Part shown: piece by piece, positions 1 through 9,729 of the stretch
Layout of the letters: each line of letters starts with the position of its first letter
How positions within the stretch are numbered: position 1 is the stretch's first letter
Source of the DNA: a virus
Taxonomy: Duplodnaviria; Caudoviricetes
Length of the DNA stretch: 29,409 bases
IMG/VR virus record: IMGVR_UViG_3300025635_000123
Location: 1 to 29,409 of that record
Strand: one strand, 5' to 3'
Program-made: the position numbers and the translations under genes
Notes under the pieces: model-generated
What the model was told of the DNA's origin: nothing
The model's database searches: none
The model's input: only the letters and a program-made list of their open reading frames with translations

Positions 1-60
1 TTTTGTGGTAAATCGCTTGGAGCGATGATCGTGTTTCCAAGGTTGCTGTCTGAATTTCAT
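1..60 (-). CDS. 5' end of a gene running off the window (MKFRQQPWKHDHRSKRFTTK...), possibly lysis-related
   Basis: ATG at 60-58 overlaps the TGA of the 115-aa ORF (ATGA coupling); frame open to the window edge. Confidence 0.5.
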   Translation of the reverse strand, partial: MKFRQQPWKHDHRSKRFTTK

Positions 61-404
61 AGACCGCGTGTTGCGAGTGTTGTCATAAGTGTTACAAACA
101 TCCCACCTATGCCGAACATTATAGCAATCATCAGCTTCATTAACCATGATTGATTGGTTCGCAAAACTTGTTGCTCGTTGTCCATCCGCGTTAGGATTTC
201 AAATCTAGCTTGATTCAGTTTAGCTTGCTCATTCATATATTCCTCCAGTTTTCCCGTTAATCGGTCTATCTTACCGTTTACATATATTGGGATAGAAACC
301 TGCACGGCAGTCGGGACTGCCTTACTTACTGCTTCATCGACGGCTTTTCTCACCGCGTCTGACATCTGGTCGATGGTGCAATTTGCGTTCGACTTTCCGT
401 TCAT
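57..404 (-). CDS. Coiled-coil protein with C-terminal transmembrane helix; putative holin/XhlA-like
   Basis: Heptad-like middle region, hydrophobic WLMKLMIAIMFGIGGMFVTLMTTLA, position after tail genes. Confidence 0.5.
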   Translation of the reverse strand: MNGKSNANCTIDQMSDAVRKAVDEAVSKAVPTAVQVSIPIYVNGKIDRLTGKLEEYMNEQAKLNQARFEILTRMDNEQQVLRTNQSWLMKLMIAIMFGIGGMFVTLMTTLATRGL

Positions 405-428
405 AGAACAATAAAGAGCACATCAATA

Positions 429-668
429 TCAGGTAAGCGAAAGGTCACTGATAGCAGTGTTTTGACGCTCTTTATTTTTGACAAAGTTCATAACGTACTT
501 AATCAGTCTTTGTTTAGCGAAGAGTAGTTTGCCTGTAGGGTCTGGTATTGGGTTGCCATCCACATCGAGTGTGCCAATAAATTCGTCGCCAAATGCGTTC
601 ACGAGCCTATCGAGCGTCGCTTGGTCTGGTATTGTGATTTTTAAGTCGTACGGGAATGTTAATGCCAT
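429..668 (-). CDS. Hypothetical protein (79 aa), possible fibre-associated protein or chaperone
   Basis: Co-oriented ORF with AT-rich leader, downstream of fibre genes. Confidence 0.6.
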   Translation of the reverse strand: MALTFPYDLKITIPDQATLDRLVNAFGDEFIGTLDVDGNPIPDPTGKLLFAKQRLIKYVMNFVKNKERQNTAISDLSLT

Positions 669-700
669 ATTGTTATATTCTTAATAATAAGTTAATAAAA

Positions 701-1465
701 TCACCACATAAATGCCCTCCAAAAGATAGGGAGAGGTGCAGGGGCAGCAGGCGGGGTATAGGCAGTTCCAGTTATCGTGAACTGAATGTCGTCTTGTCCG
801 CAGCTTGGGCCGCCACTCCATGCGCCATCAACTGATGATTGCGATGAACAGCTAAACGCCGCAGGCCAATGACCCCATACACGGTAATAATTTCCACTAG
901 AGTTATCGACAGATACGTTGAGCGCGAGCCAGTACGATGTTCCACTAATTAAGTTAATCGTATCGCAAGAGCCTTGGGTGTATTCCTGCTTTGTCGCCGA
1001 TGGAGTCGGAGATGGTGCACCGCCACATGTTCCGATAAGAGTTCCAGGGTTGTTGCCGCCGTCAGTGAATATCTGTATCCGCACATTGCTCGGTGAACCG
1101 GCAGCGACATAATAGGTAGCTCCCATACTCGTCACTGTGCAGGAGTTGGTAGCGGTGAATTTAGTCGCCCATCCAATTTGTGAGACAGCGGATGCTCCGA
1201 AAGCTGGGTTGTCACCAGTCCCATTCGCATTTGATGCACAGGTGAGGGCAAACGCCGGCGTAGGGTTGATAACAACCGCACAACTTACCGTAATGCTAAG
1301 AATGAGAGCTATCGTGGATAGACTCCCTTTCTTAAACAGTGTGTACGCGGCCATCCGCATAGGTCGCATTGACCTCCACGCATGGTGAAAGTCCGCGTGT
1401 CGCAGTGAGGACACTTTGGCATAAGCCTGTTTAATAAGTTTTTTAACATGTGTTGATCGTAGCAT
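701..1465 (-). CDS. Exported beta-rich protein with signal peptide (true start may be a downstream Met)
   Basis: KKG followed by hydrophobic SLSTIALILSITVSCAVV and AFA|LT signal peptidase I site; 6 Cys in the mature part; ATKFT...VRIQIFTDGGNNPGT recalls extracellular beta-sandwich domains; Pro-rich linker and hydrophobic C-terminal tail. Confidence 0.7.
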   Translation of the reverse strand: MLRSTHVKKLIKQAYAKVSSLRHADFHHAWRSMRPMRMAAYTLFKKGSLSTIALILSITVSCAVVINPTPAFALTCASNANGTGDNPAFGASAVSQIGWATKFTATNSCTVTSMGATYYVAAGSPSNVRIQIFTDGGNNPGTLIGTCGGAPSPTPSATKQEYTQGSCDTINLISGTSYWLALNVSVDNSSGNYYRVWGHWPAAFSCSSQSSVDGAWSGGPSCGQDDIQFTITGTAYTPPAAPAPLPIFWRAFMW

Positions 1466-1476
1466 ACGAATAGCTA

Positions 1477-4400
1477 TTACAAACCTGTAGACTGCTGGAT
1501 TGTGGAAAACGTACAGGACACAGATGTCGGAGAAGAGGCGGGAGTCCCGTACTTCACATAGAAGGTGGCACCAGCAGATGGCGTGTTATTCGAGGAGAAC
1601 GTTGTGGTGGCAGGGGTAGACGAGATACTAATGGTTGCAAGGTGTGTCGAGCCGTAGTACGGGTCGGCTTTTATGGTGCCTGCATCGGTGGAACATACCG
1701 CTTGCGTGATTTTCACCGCGAATGGAAGCGTTATGTAATTGACGTTCTGAACCGTAGGGCTTGAAGTGCCAGTCCATGTCGTTGTAGCGTACGGCATGAA
1801 TATAGGACGTTCAGGCGTAATAAACGAAGTAACTGTTGATGTGCCGAACACATTGGTGCCATTCACTGATAGGTTTGTGCTCGACGCACTTATAAGTGTA
1901 AACAAACCTGCGTTATTGAGTTTGGCGAGTACCGTATCCGCAGAATCAGACACTACGAACGAGAGTGTCGACGCGCTGGTGTCACTACCTTTGACTGAGA
2001 GCATACCCCACGGAGTCGTTGTGCTTATGCCTAATTTGCCTCCGCCGGTGAAGTAGCTATTGCTTGCGCTTGTTATTTTAAGCGTGCCAACTGATGTGAT
2101 GTTCCCAGATGAATCGACTTGGAATAAGTCACCACTACCGACAGTAAGGAGAGACGCGGGTGATGCGTCACCAATCCCAAGGTTTCCTGCTCCCGTAAGT
2201 CGCATATTTTCATTTAGCACCAGACCACTCGTTGTTCTGAATACGAGGTCAGTCCCGCGTTGAGAAGCGTTGTGCGTCTGATTAGCGATAGCTCCAATAT
2301 CTGCAACATTAACTCCCGGCGCGGTGTAGTTGGTATCGTTAGACCAAAATTGCAAATTGCCTATCGAAGAGTTGGTTACAATGGCTGCGCGGGAACTCCC
2401 AATTACGAGTGGCGCAGTGGTCGTCGCAGTTGTGGATGCTTGGAATAAGTTAGGGTAATCCGTCATTGACAAGATGCCGAAGTTACCCGATTGAAGATTT
2501 GAGTTACCAAGTAGGATACTCGTATTGTTTGTAGCACCGGTAAGTGCTTCGACAACCAGGCCGACTTGATTTGTTACGGTGCCAGTACCGCCATTGTTCG
2601 GGTTAGCATACCGATACCCTACAAGATTAGTGAGAGTTCCTGAGTGCCCAGCACTCATAACTAACGAGCCAGTATTCAATCGCACTGTAGTGATAGTGTC
2701 GGAACCACTCGCGATTGTCGTGTTGTTATTTATATTGGTGAATGTAGTAATCGGTGAACTGAGCGCAATAGACGGGTTCGCTCGTATATTTTGCAGAGTT
2801 CCTGATATATTCGCATTTATAGTAGGTGAGAAGTCTATCAGGTTGTTGGCATACGATGATATGCCGGTATAAGTTCCCGTTACTTCCAGAAGACCGCCAC
2901 CATCACTGTTAGCTCCTCCAATCTCCAACAACGACGTTGGCACGTTTGTTCCTATTCCTATTTCTCCATTTGCTTCAATCTGCAAAGCTGCTACGGAAGA
3001 ATCGACGAGACTATCGGAGGTTGTACCGATAGTAAACTCTCCACTGTCCGATATCATAAACCAGTGTTTTTGATCTGTAGAAGCGTTCGCGTCGGTAAGT
3101 GTTACTTTGCCACCGGAATTACTCGCAATTTGCAGAAGCGAGCTTGGCGACGTTGTTCCTATGCCGACATTGCCAGTCGATGTTATCCTCATTCGCTCGT
3201 TGCTCGCTGAATTTCCACCGGTTAGGAAGTTGATATAACTTTTTGTCGCGCTTGTCGTCGAAGTCTCAAGGGTGAGTGCTCCGTTTGAATTTTGTAGGAA
3301 AAGTAGGTTGGCTACGTTTGTCCCCGTCCCGAAGGTTGTATCGTTATAGCCAGACGAGTTATATCCGAGGAACCCGTAATTTGTCACAGTGTTATCAGCC
3401 GCCTGGTCATTGTTCAGAAAAAGTCCTGTATATGCGTTTGCGCCGTTGCTCGCGTTACCTATACCTTGCGAGACACCATAGGCAGTATTGTCGTTGCCCC
3501 ATGTTTCGATACAAACGGCGGAAGCTGATAGTGAACTGATACCAGAACACTGTGTATTATTAGGGCTTGAAGCCCCGAAGTGCATGTAATTGCTATAGAA
3601 TGTTGATGTACCAACGACAGAGAGAGCGTATTGCGGACTTGTCGTCGCGATTCCTACCGAACCGCTAGAGTTCCAAACACCACTTGGGAAATATGCGTTG
3701 CCAGACACGGTGATTGCTGTTGAGGACGCATATGTTGCGTACCAGTTTGTTGACCACCCCGTTGTTATTGTTCCTAGTGTTGACGTTGAATTTGCAAAAT
3801 TATTCCTTCCTGTCCATGTGTTATTGTCAGCAAGAAGTGTAGTAGACGCACTTCCGAACGTGTTTTGTGTTTTCCAATAATCAGCACTGGTCGTGCTGAA
3901 AAAGTATCCCTTATCTATTAGGGCTAGTGAGGTAGTCGATATTTTACCATTAAACGTATTCCAGTCAGTTGAGCTTATGTAGCCATCTTGGCTTGCGGTG
4001 CCTTGTTGTATGCCGAGTGAGCCGGTACTGCCAATTTGCACAAAGCTTCCTGTAAGTGGGGAAGTAGCGGATAGAGTCGAAGTAGCAATGCCGTATACTC
4101 CCGCCGCACCGTTAGATACCAAAAGATTGCTCGATGATGGTTGTGTTGTCGTAGAAAGACCTGTCCATACTATAGTGCTATTTGAACCTCCGACGAGAGC
4201 ACCAAGAGTTGAAAGACCGCTAAACGGGCCTGTAAAAGTCAAAGTGGTCGTAGATACAGCACCAAGTTTTTCAGGTGTTTGCCCAGAGGTGGTCCAGTAG
4301 GCGAGCTGGCCGATAGTCGGTGTTGTGGAAGTTGAGACATTGCCTGTGCCTCCGGAACCACCTGTGGGCCACGTTGTCCGACATGTATCACCATTAAGGC

Positions 4401-4767
4401 ATAGTGTGGTCGCGCTTACCGCAGTCGTACTGGCATTAACTAGTTGCGATGTCGAGGAAGCAAAAATACCATTTTGCATCCATAGTGGTGTAGATGTTGC
4501 CTGGACTGGTACGCCGTAGTTTGTAAGACCTGTTGTAAACGGCCAAACACCTGAGCCGCTAGACGGCCATACAGTTCTGCAATCGCCTGATATACAAACG
4601 GTTTTAGCGTACACTCCGTTCCATTCCAATGTCGTAGTTCCCAAATCATACCTATCAGTTGTTTCTGGCAGAGTATTACGGAGAAGTGTTGAAACCGGCG
4701 CAGCGTATACCATTGTGGCGAACAACGTGATCAATATTGCGAGTCCTGCAATTGTAAGTTTATTCAT
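1477..4767 (-). CDS. Large Ser/Thr/Gly-rich tail fibre or adhesin with Sec signal peptide
   Basis: Likely start MNKLTIAGLAILITLFATMVYA|AP at 4767; five GxxGI[GAS]xxxP fibre repeats; two C-x-x-GD(T)CRTxWP motifs; 8 Cys. Confidence 0.75.
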   Translation of the reverse strand: MNKLTIAGLAILITLFATMVYAAPVSTLLRNTLPETTDRYDLGTTTLEWNGVYAKTVCISGDCRTVWPSSGSGVWPFTTGLTNYGVPVQATSTPLWMQNGIFASSTSQLVNASTTAVSATTLCLNGDTCRTTWPTGGSGGTGNVSTSTTPTIGQLAYWTTSGQTPEKLGAVSTTTLTFTGPFSGLSTLGALVGGSNSTIVWTGLSTTTQPSSSNLLVSNGAAGVYGIATSTLSATSPLTGSFVQIGSTGSLGIQQGTASQDGYISSTDWNTFNGKISTTSLALIDKGYFFSTTSADYWKTQNTFGSASTTLLADNNTWTGRNNFANSTSTLGTITTGWSTNWYATYASSTAITVSGNAYFPSGVWNSSGSVGIATTSPQYALSVVGTSTFYSNYMHFGASSPNNTQCSGISSLSASAVCIETWGNDNTAYGVSQGIGNASNGANAYTGLFLNNDQAADNTVTNYGFLGYNSSGYNDTTFGTGTNVANLLFLQNSNGALTLETSTTSATKSYINFLTGGNSASNERMRITSTGNVGIGTTSPSSLLQIASNSGGKVTLTDANASTDQKHWFMISDSGEFTIGTTSDSLVDSSVAALQIEANGEIGIGTNVPTSLLEIGGANSDGGGLLEVTGTYTGISSYANNLIDFSPTINANISGTLQNIRANPSIALSSPITTFTNINNNTTIASGSDTITTVRLNTGSLVMSAGHSGTLTNLVGYRYANPNNGGTGTVTNQVGLVVEALTGATNNTSILLGNSNLQSGNFGILSMTDYPNLFQASTTATTTAPLVIGSSRAAIVTNSSIGNLQFWSNDTNYTAPGVNVADIGAIANQTHNASQRGTDLVFRTTSGLVLNENMRLTGAGNLGIGDASPASLLTVGSGDLFQVDSSGNITSVGTLKITSASNSYFTGGGKLGISTTTPWGMLSVKGSDTSASTLSFVVSDSADTVLAKLNNAGLFTLISASSTNLSVNGTNVFGTSTVTSFITPERPIFMPYATTTWTGTSSPTVQNVNYITLPFAVKITQAVCSTDAGTIKADPYYGSTHLATISISSTPATTTFSSNNTPSAGATFYVKYGTPASSPTSVSCTFSTIQQSTGL

Positions 4768-4768
4768 G

Positions 4769-5665
4769 TTAGTAAAATAATACCTCAACTAAAGCCATCA
4801 ATGTCTGACCAGAAGCGGGGGTAGTTATCCCGGCAGCTAAAGACAGTTGATTTCCTGATAATGTCCAATCCGCTGTATCGAAAGTAATAGGAAAGCTCGT
4901 ACCCCACAGCCCCAGCACATCCACTGTGTCTTTTGGTAAAACGAAATCACGTGTTACGCCGTCTACTTGGTCAGTAAGACGTATGCGCTTCACGACTTGT
5001 GTTTTTCTGATTATTGGTCGCGGAATAGCATCAATATTCGCTTTCAGCCGTTTCTCCATTTCTGACAATCCTTTAATTGCGTCACTACTCAACCGCTCGT
5101 CCCCCTGTAGAAGCTCTAAGCTGTTTCTAATTTCTTCAGGGGACAAATCCTTGATATTTCCAGGTTCTCCAGGTTCCCCTTTTTCTGGTGGCGGTATGAG
5201 CGGCTTAATAAGCGAAGTGAGTCTCTCGTCTGAAACTTCTCGTGGTAACACCTCTCTAATCAAACCGAGTAATCGCTGATCGGAAGGCATAGCACCTTCT
5301 ACCGATTTCTTTACTTCGGGTCGGATAAGACTCAGTAGCTCGTCATCGGTAGGAGTATGTCCATCTGTGACAAAAGGAATGAGAGGTTCAATCAATGCCG
5401 TTAATTCTTCATCGGTAGGAGTATGACCAGGGTCTCCTCTATCGCCCTTCTCGATTGTCTTTAATTTGCTGGCAAATTCCGCTGCCACTGTACTCATGTT
5501 GTCTGAGGATACTTTACCAGTCTTAAGCGACTCAATCTCCTCCGCTTGTTCGTCGAGTTTATCCTCCAGCTCGTGAATGAGGTCTAAGAGAAGCAGGGTA
5601 GCGTCATTTCCACCCCTTTCAGCCAAGGTAATTAGTCTTTGGTCTTGTGGGGTTAGGTTGGGCAT
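4769..5665 (-). CDS. Virion structural protein with short collagen-like triplets and helical repeats
   Basis: KGDRGDPG and KGEPGEPG; repeats GHTPTDEELTALIEPLIP / GHTPTDDELLSLIRP / SDQRLLGLI / SDERLTSLIKPLIP; C-terminal DGVTRDFVLP beta domain. Confidence 0.65.
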   Translation of the reverse strand: MPNLTPQDQRLITLAERGGNDATLLLLDLIHELEDKLDEQAEEIESLKTGKVSSDNMSTVAAEFASKLKTIEKGDRGDPGHTPTDEELTALIEPLIPFVTDGHTPTDDELLSLIRPEVKKSVEGAMPSDQRLLGLIREVLPREVSDERLTSLIKPLIPPPEKGEPGEPGNIKDLSPEEIRNSLELLQGDERLSSDAIKGLSEMEKRLKANIDAIPRPIIRKTQVVKRIRLTDQVDGVTRDFVLPKDTVDVLGLWGTSFPITFDTADWTLSGNQLSLAAGITTPASGQTLMALVEVLFY

Positions 5666-5734
5666 AACTTTATTGCTTTTTCGCGCAATTATGGCAGTGT
5701 GTTGGTATGAGTATAATTGTTTTCATAAGTATTT

Positions 5735-7474
5735 TTATTCTTGCTGAAGCTGTTGCTCACTATTTCCTAGCTGACTAGCCAATTTTGGGAAGGCTCTATA
5801 TAAAACTTGGCGTATACCAGGATTTTGTTGCATTACTTTTGTTATTGCTGAGGGAGTCTCGCTGCCCAACCACGCGGCGATATGCGTCTTCGCAGTAGTG
5901 CTTTGTAATGCTTTATCGAGTACTCCTGCGCTTATACTTGCCAGTATGACCGGTATTGCTGCTCCCCCTGTAGCTAGAGCTGTCAAAGCACCTGTAACTG
6001 TTCCGACTTTAACAGGCATTGAGATCAGGTCAGAGCGGCGCAGAATCTGGTCACGATGAAGCGTGGCAAGCTCTGCGGATGTTAAATCAGCATACTGTTG
6101 ATTTAATCTTGTTATTTCAGGTGAATTTGCACTAACTGCAGTATTTATTTTTTCTTTTATACCACCATATACTCTTTTTAGAACAGCGTTTACAGTTTTA
6201 TCATCAGATGGATTGCCGGTAAACTTCGTTTGACCAGAAACTAACTGTTTCAAATCAAATGCTTCTTGAGGTGATAGAGTACTCAGATTACGTGGTGTTG
6301 ACCCTATTTTTTCGATAACCCCTTCCGTGTTTACTTGGTGCTCAAACAAAATAGCGTCTTTCGCATTTTGCAGAGCAGTCACGACTGACTGGTTGCCCTT
6401 ACCTCCTTTTGCTGCTTCTGCTATTGCATCATCAATCTTTGCAATCTCCGCAGAAACATCAATCCTTGCGGCAGCATTTTCAGGAGAAGCCATTATATTA
6501 CCTATCTTTTGTCCTATGTCTTGTTTTGCGGCAGTAATGTTTTTTTGGAAATCAGGTAAAGAATTGCCTGTGATACCTAATTCAGACACCGTTCTACCAG
6601 GGTCTTTACCATAAGAGAAGTCAGCTTGTCTTGGTTTAATTAAGCTGTTTATAAAGCGTGGTGCTGAATCCTTTGTAATCGCAATACCAGCACGCACCCC
6701 ACCTATCGCAACCGGCACACTTGCTCCTAGTAATGTCCCTAATCCAGGTTTGAAAGCATCAAATCCTGTTTCTCCTTGTTGGAGATTACCAGCGACGTCA
6801 TATCCGTAACCAGTCGCTCCACCCACTAATGAACGACCTGCTGTTTCTTTACCTATCGTCTTCAAAGTTTGAGATAATGCTTGTTTCGTTGGTTGGGCAG
6901 CAACTTCTGCGCTTTTCGCTAGCAAACTACCTGTCTTTGCACCTTTTGCCGCAGCCCCATAACTACCAAATGACGCGATATCAAGAGCTGTGCCCGCAAC
7001 ATTGCCTAAAACCTCGCCAGTCGTATCATTCAAATTTGGATACAATTCAGCCGCTGACATTCCTTTCATACCACTACTGATCAAATCAGCAATCATTGCA
7101 TCTGCTTTAGTTGTATCAATACCCTGTTCCTTAAGCCTATTTCGAGCTGCAACTGCCGTCTGAAGATTTGCTGAAAGTTGCTCTGATTGTTTTGAATAAG
7201 CAGATGTAGCTGCTGGCGCGCCAAGAGCAGCACCGATTTCTTTTCCAAGATTTATTTCCGGTGATAATAAGCTCCCAACTAACCCTCCAACCAACGGCTT
7301 GCCGCCAATCTTCGGCATTTCATTAACTTGTTTATTTCCAATTCCTGACCACACAGTGTCAGCAAGTGAGGATGATTGTTGCAATCCCGCAAGTGGCAAC
7401 TGGTTTCCGACAGGTTTTAAAGTACTGAAATCGGGTTGATTTTGTACTGGCCTTAATGTCTTGAAATCTGGCAT
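5735..7474 (-). CDS. Putative internal virion / DNA ejection protein
   Basis: Gly/Ala-rich hydrophobic stretches, no Cys, N-terminal PDFxTLxPV duplication, position after nozzle as in podovirus ejectosome genes. Confidence 0.6.
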   Translation of the reverse strand: MPDFKTLRPVQNQPDFSTLKPVGNQLPLAGLQQSSSLADTVWSGIGNKQVNEMPKIGGKPLVGGLVGSLLSPEINLGKEIGAALGAPAATSAYSKQSEQLSANLQTAVAARNRLKEQGIDTTKADAMIADLISSGMKGMSAAELYPNLNDTTGEVLGNVAGTALDIASFGSYGAAAKGAKTGSLLAKSAEVAAQPTKQALSQTLKTIGKETAGRSLVGGATGYGYDVAGNLQQGETGFDAFKPGLGTLLGASVPVAIGGVRAGIAITKDSAPRFINSLIKPRQADFSYGKDPGRTVSELGITGNSLPDFQKNITAAKQDIGQKIGNIMASPENAAARIDVSAEIAKIDDAIAEAAKGGKGNQSVVTALQNAKDAILFEHQVNTEGVIEKIGSTPRNLSTLSPQEAFDLKQLVSGQTKFTGNPSDDKTVNAVLKRVYGGIKEKINTAVSANSPEITRLNQQYADLTSAELATLHRDQILRRSDLISMPVKVGTVTGALTALATGGAAIPVILASISAGVLDKALQSTTAKTHIAAWLGSETPSAITKVMQQNPGIRQVLYRAFPKLASQLGNSEQQLQQE

Positions 7475-7475
7475 A

Positions 7476-9338
7476 TTATTGTTTTATCCAATTTCCATTA
7501 GCGTCAAAAGTCCCTCTGTTTCCTTTTGCATCTTCATATATTTGTCCTACAGTGAATTCTTGACCTTGAACAGTCACTTTTGTTCCTGGTTGAGAAGAAG
7601 ATGCTGTCTTCAACTTATTATATGCGGAACCAAGTACTGCCTCATAAGGCCCATCAATAGCGTCATCAAATGCCTTTATTCTTCCTTTCATGATCGCAGT
7701 GTTAAGCCCCTGTGTTTTATTTATGCCTGGGAATATTGAAGCGATATCTTTTCCTTCTTGTTCTGAATAAGCAGTACCAGATACAGCATTACGGTATATT
7801 TGTAGTGAAGATTGTATCTGAGTCGCAAGTTCTACAAGTCGAGGATCTTTAACCGCGCCAAGATTGTTAAACACCTTTTCATAATTCCCTGAAAAAATGT
7901 TCGTCTTACCACCCGCATCGTAAAAAGCTTGTAGTTCTGACTGTAAATTCAACATAGCTATTTTAGCCGCCTCAAATTTTGTTACAGAGGTAGCTTCAGT
8001 TTGTCCCATTATTTTCTTCGCGTTATTTTTTATTACAGTAACTGGGTCTTCTCCATTATTTATAGCATTTCTAATGGTTGCTGCTTGTTGTTTTGTAAAA
8101 GAACCAGAACCAAGAATAGTGCCAATTATACTCGAATACTGCCCTCCTAAATAACCTTCATCAATTAACGCCAATGTTTCAGCTTTTAACTTTGCTGTGC
8201 TCGCATAACTGGCAGCAATCTGTGCTTTCCTCGCTTCTTGTTCAAGGCTGAACGAAAGTGGGGCTTGTCTCAATTCCTCTTGTTTCAGTTTGAGATTTGT
8301 TATAGCAAGCTGTGTAGCGTTAGGGTCTGTCTGATACTGACCCACAAGATTAAACACCTGCTGCAGATAGTCTGGTGAAAAAGTATCGAGCTGCAGAGCA
8401 CGTTGTGCAGCTTGTTGCGCTGCCTGATTTCCAGGGTTATTCGATACTGCTGCGTTCACAAGAGCGAGTCCGGCCGTTTTGTCATCCTTAGCAGCGTTCA
8501 ATAGTCTCGTTCGTTCAGTTATGTAAGCAGATAGCTCGGCCTCTTTCTTTTTATCTTGTCGGCCGAGATTATCTTTATTCATGTTATACGCCATCTGCAA
8601 TTGATTGAGTTGTATTTGGTAGGGGAGAAACTCCTGTTCAACAGCGTTCTTAGCGATATCCTCTGCTCGCGCAATATTCCCCTGCAGGGTAGCCCCAAGA
8701 GAAGCAAGCCCAAGAGCTTTGATAGTGTTTTGCCGTATCGCTTCTGAATTATTAGCCTGATACGAAGCTGCACCACCGATGGTTATACCTCTTCCTGCAA
8801 GCGCAGGGTCTTTTGTGGCATCATACGTCTGAAGTCCTGTAATCGTGTTTTTAATACCAGTTATTTGGCTAGATAGGTCTTGCGACTGATTCAGTAAGTC
8901 AGCATAGTTTTTATATCCTAACTGAGAAGCAGCAATATCCTTTGCCTTAGTAGAAGCTCCAGTTGTATCTATGAGTCCATTCGAGCCAACAACACCTCCC
9001 ATCGATCCGATTCTTTTTTGCAATTCTGAAAGTTGAGTCTGATTATTATTATAAGCAGTGTCTGAGGTAGTGTCACCGTATACTTTATTGAAAACATCAC
9101 TAATTGAACCAAGAGAAGACAGCGCACTAGGAACAGTACTAGGTGGTGAAGGTGGTGGTTGATACGTCGCACCCGTTTGCAAATTACTCGAAGTCACTGC
9201 TGCAGGGGGAGTGTAGGCGGGAATGGTTGGAGTGTAACCAATCCCTGCTTGAACTCCGATTGATTGTACTGGTGTTAGTCCAGCATCTTGGAGTGAAGCA
9301 ATTTTCTGTTGTTCGGTTTGCTGTGGCATATTAGACAA
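7476..9338 (-). CDS. Putative internal virion / DNA ejection protein
   Basis: Q/A/S/T-rich helical protein, no Cys, podovirus-like gene order. Confidence 0.6.
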   Translation of the reverse strand: MSNMPQQTEQQKIASLQDAGLTPVQSIGVQAGIGYTPTIPAYTPPAAVTSSNLQTGATYQPPPSPPSTVPSALSSLGSISDVFNKVYGDTTSDTAYNNNQTQLSELQKRIGSMGGVVGSNGLIDTTGASTKAKDIAASQLGYKNYADLLNQSQDLSSQITGIKNTITGLQTYDATKDPALAGRGITIGGAASYQANNSEAIRQNTIKALGLASLGATLQGNIARAEDIAKNAVEQEFLPYQIQLNQLQMAYNMNKDNLGRQDKKKEAELSAYITERTRLLNAAKDDKTAGLALVNAAVSNNPGNQAAQQAAQRALQLDTFSPDYLQQVFNLVGQYQTDPNATQLAITNLKLKQEELRQAPLSFSLEQEARKAQIAASYASTAKLKAETLALIDEGYLGGQYSSIIGTILGSGSFTKQQAATIRNAINNGEDPVTVIKNNAKKIMGQTEATSVTKFEAAKIAMLNLQSELQAFYDAGGKTNIFSGNYEKVFNNLGAVKDPRLVELATQIQSSLQIYRNAVSGTAYSEQEGKDIASIFPGINKTQGLNTAIMKGRIKAFDDAIDGPYEAVLGSAYNKLKTASSSQPGTKVTVQGQEFTVGQIYEDAKGNRGTFDANGNWIKQ

Positions 9339-9729
9339 GCATTAAAATAAAGTAAAAGTTTGAGTCAGCTAACACACCGAGAGCTAGTGTTGATACCTCA
9401 AAATAGTTAGCGTTAATAGCAGAAAATATATCCGCTGTGTCTGCTGCAGTTCCTCCTATAGCAACAACAGTATATTGAGTAGTATTCAGATTGTGCGTTA
9501 CCTTGTATTTACCTGTCGCAGTCTTTGTTGATGTCCATCCAGTTGGGAGTGTTACTGAGCTTCCAGTTGATGACACTTGTCCACCATAAATCCCGCCAAT
9601 AATTCTGTGGTTATCATAAAGCTGTATATTTTTCCAAAAAGAGTATCGATCCGGCCTTTCAAAATTCATTTTCCATCGCTCTAGTACTTCAAGTCTTTGC
9701 ATAATCAATTGTGCATCTTCAGGACTCAT
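9331..9729 (-). CDS. Small tail protein (needle- or tip-like)
   Basis: N-terminal short coiled coil; C-terminal LPTGWT...TGKYKVTHNL beta domain typical of fibre tips; coupled to the nozzle gene. Confidence 0.55.
   Translation of the reverse strand: MSPEDAQLIMQRLEVLERWKMNFERPDRYSFWKNIQLYDNHRIIGGIYGGQVSSTGSSVTLPTGWTSTKTATGKYKVTHNLNTTQYTVVAIGGTAADTADIFSAINANYFEVSTLALGVLADSNFYFILMLV

Noticed and set aside
1477-4767. Diversity-generating retroelement target in the fibre
   Set aside because: No reverse transcriptase and no template/variable repeat pair seen in the window
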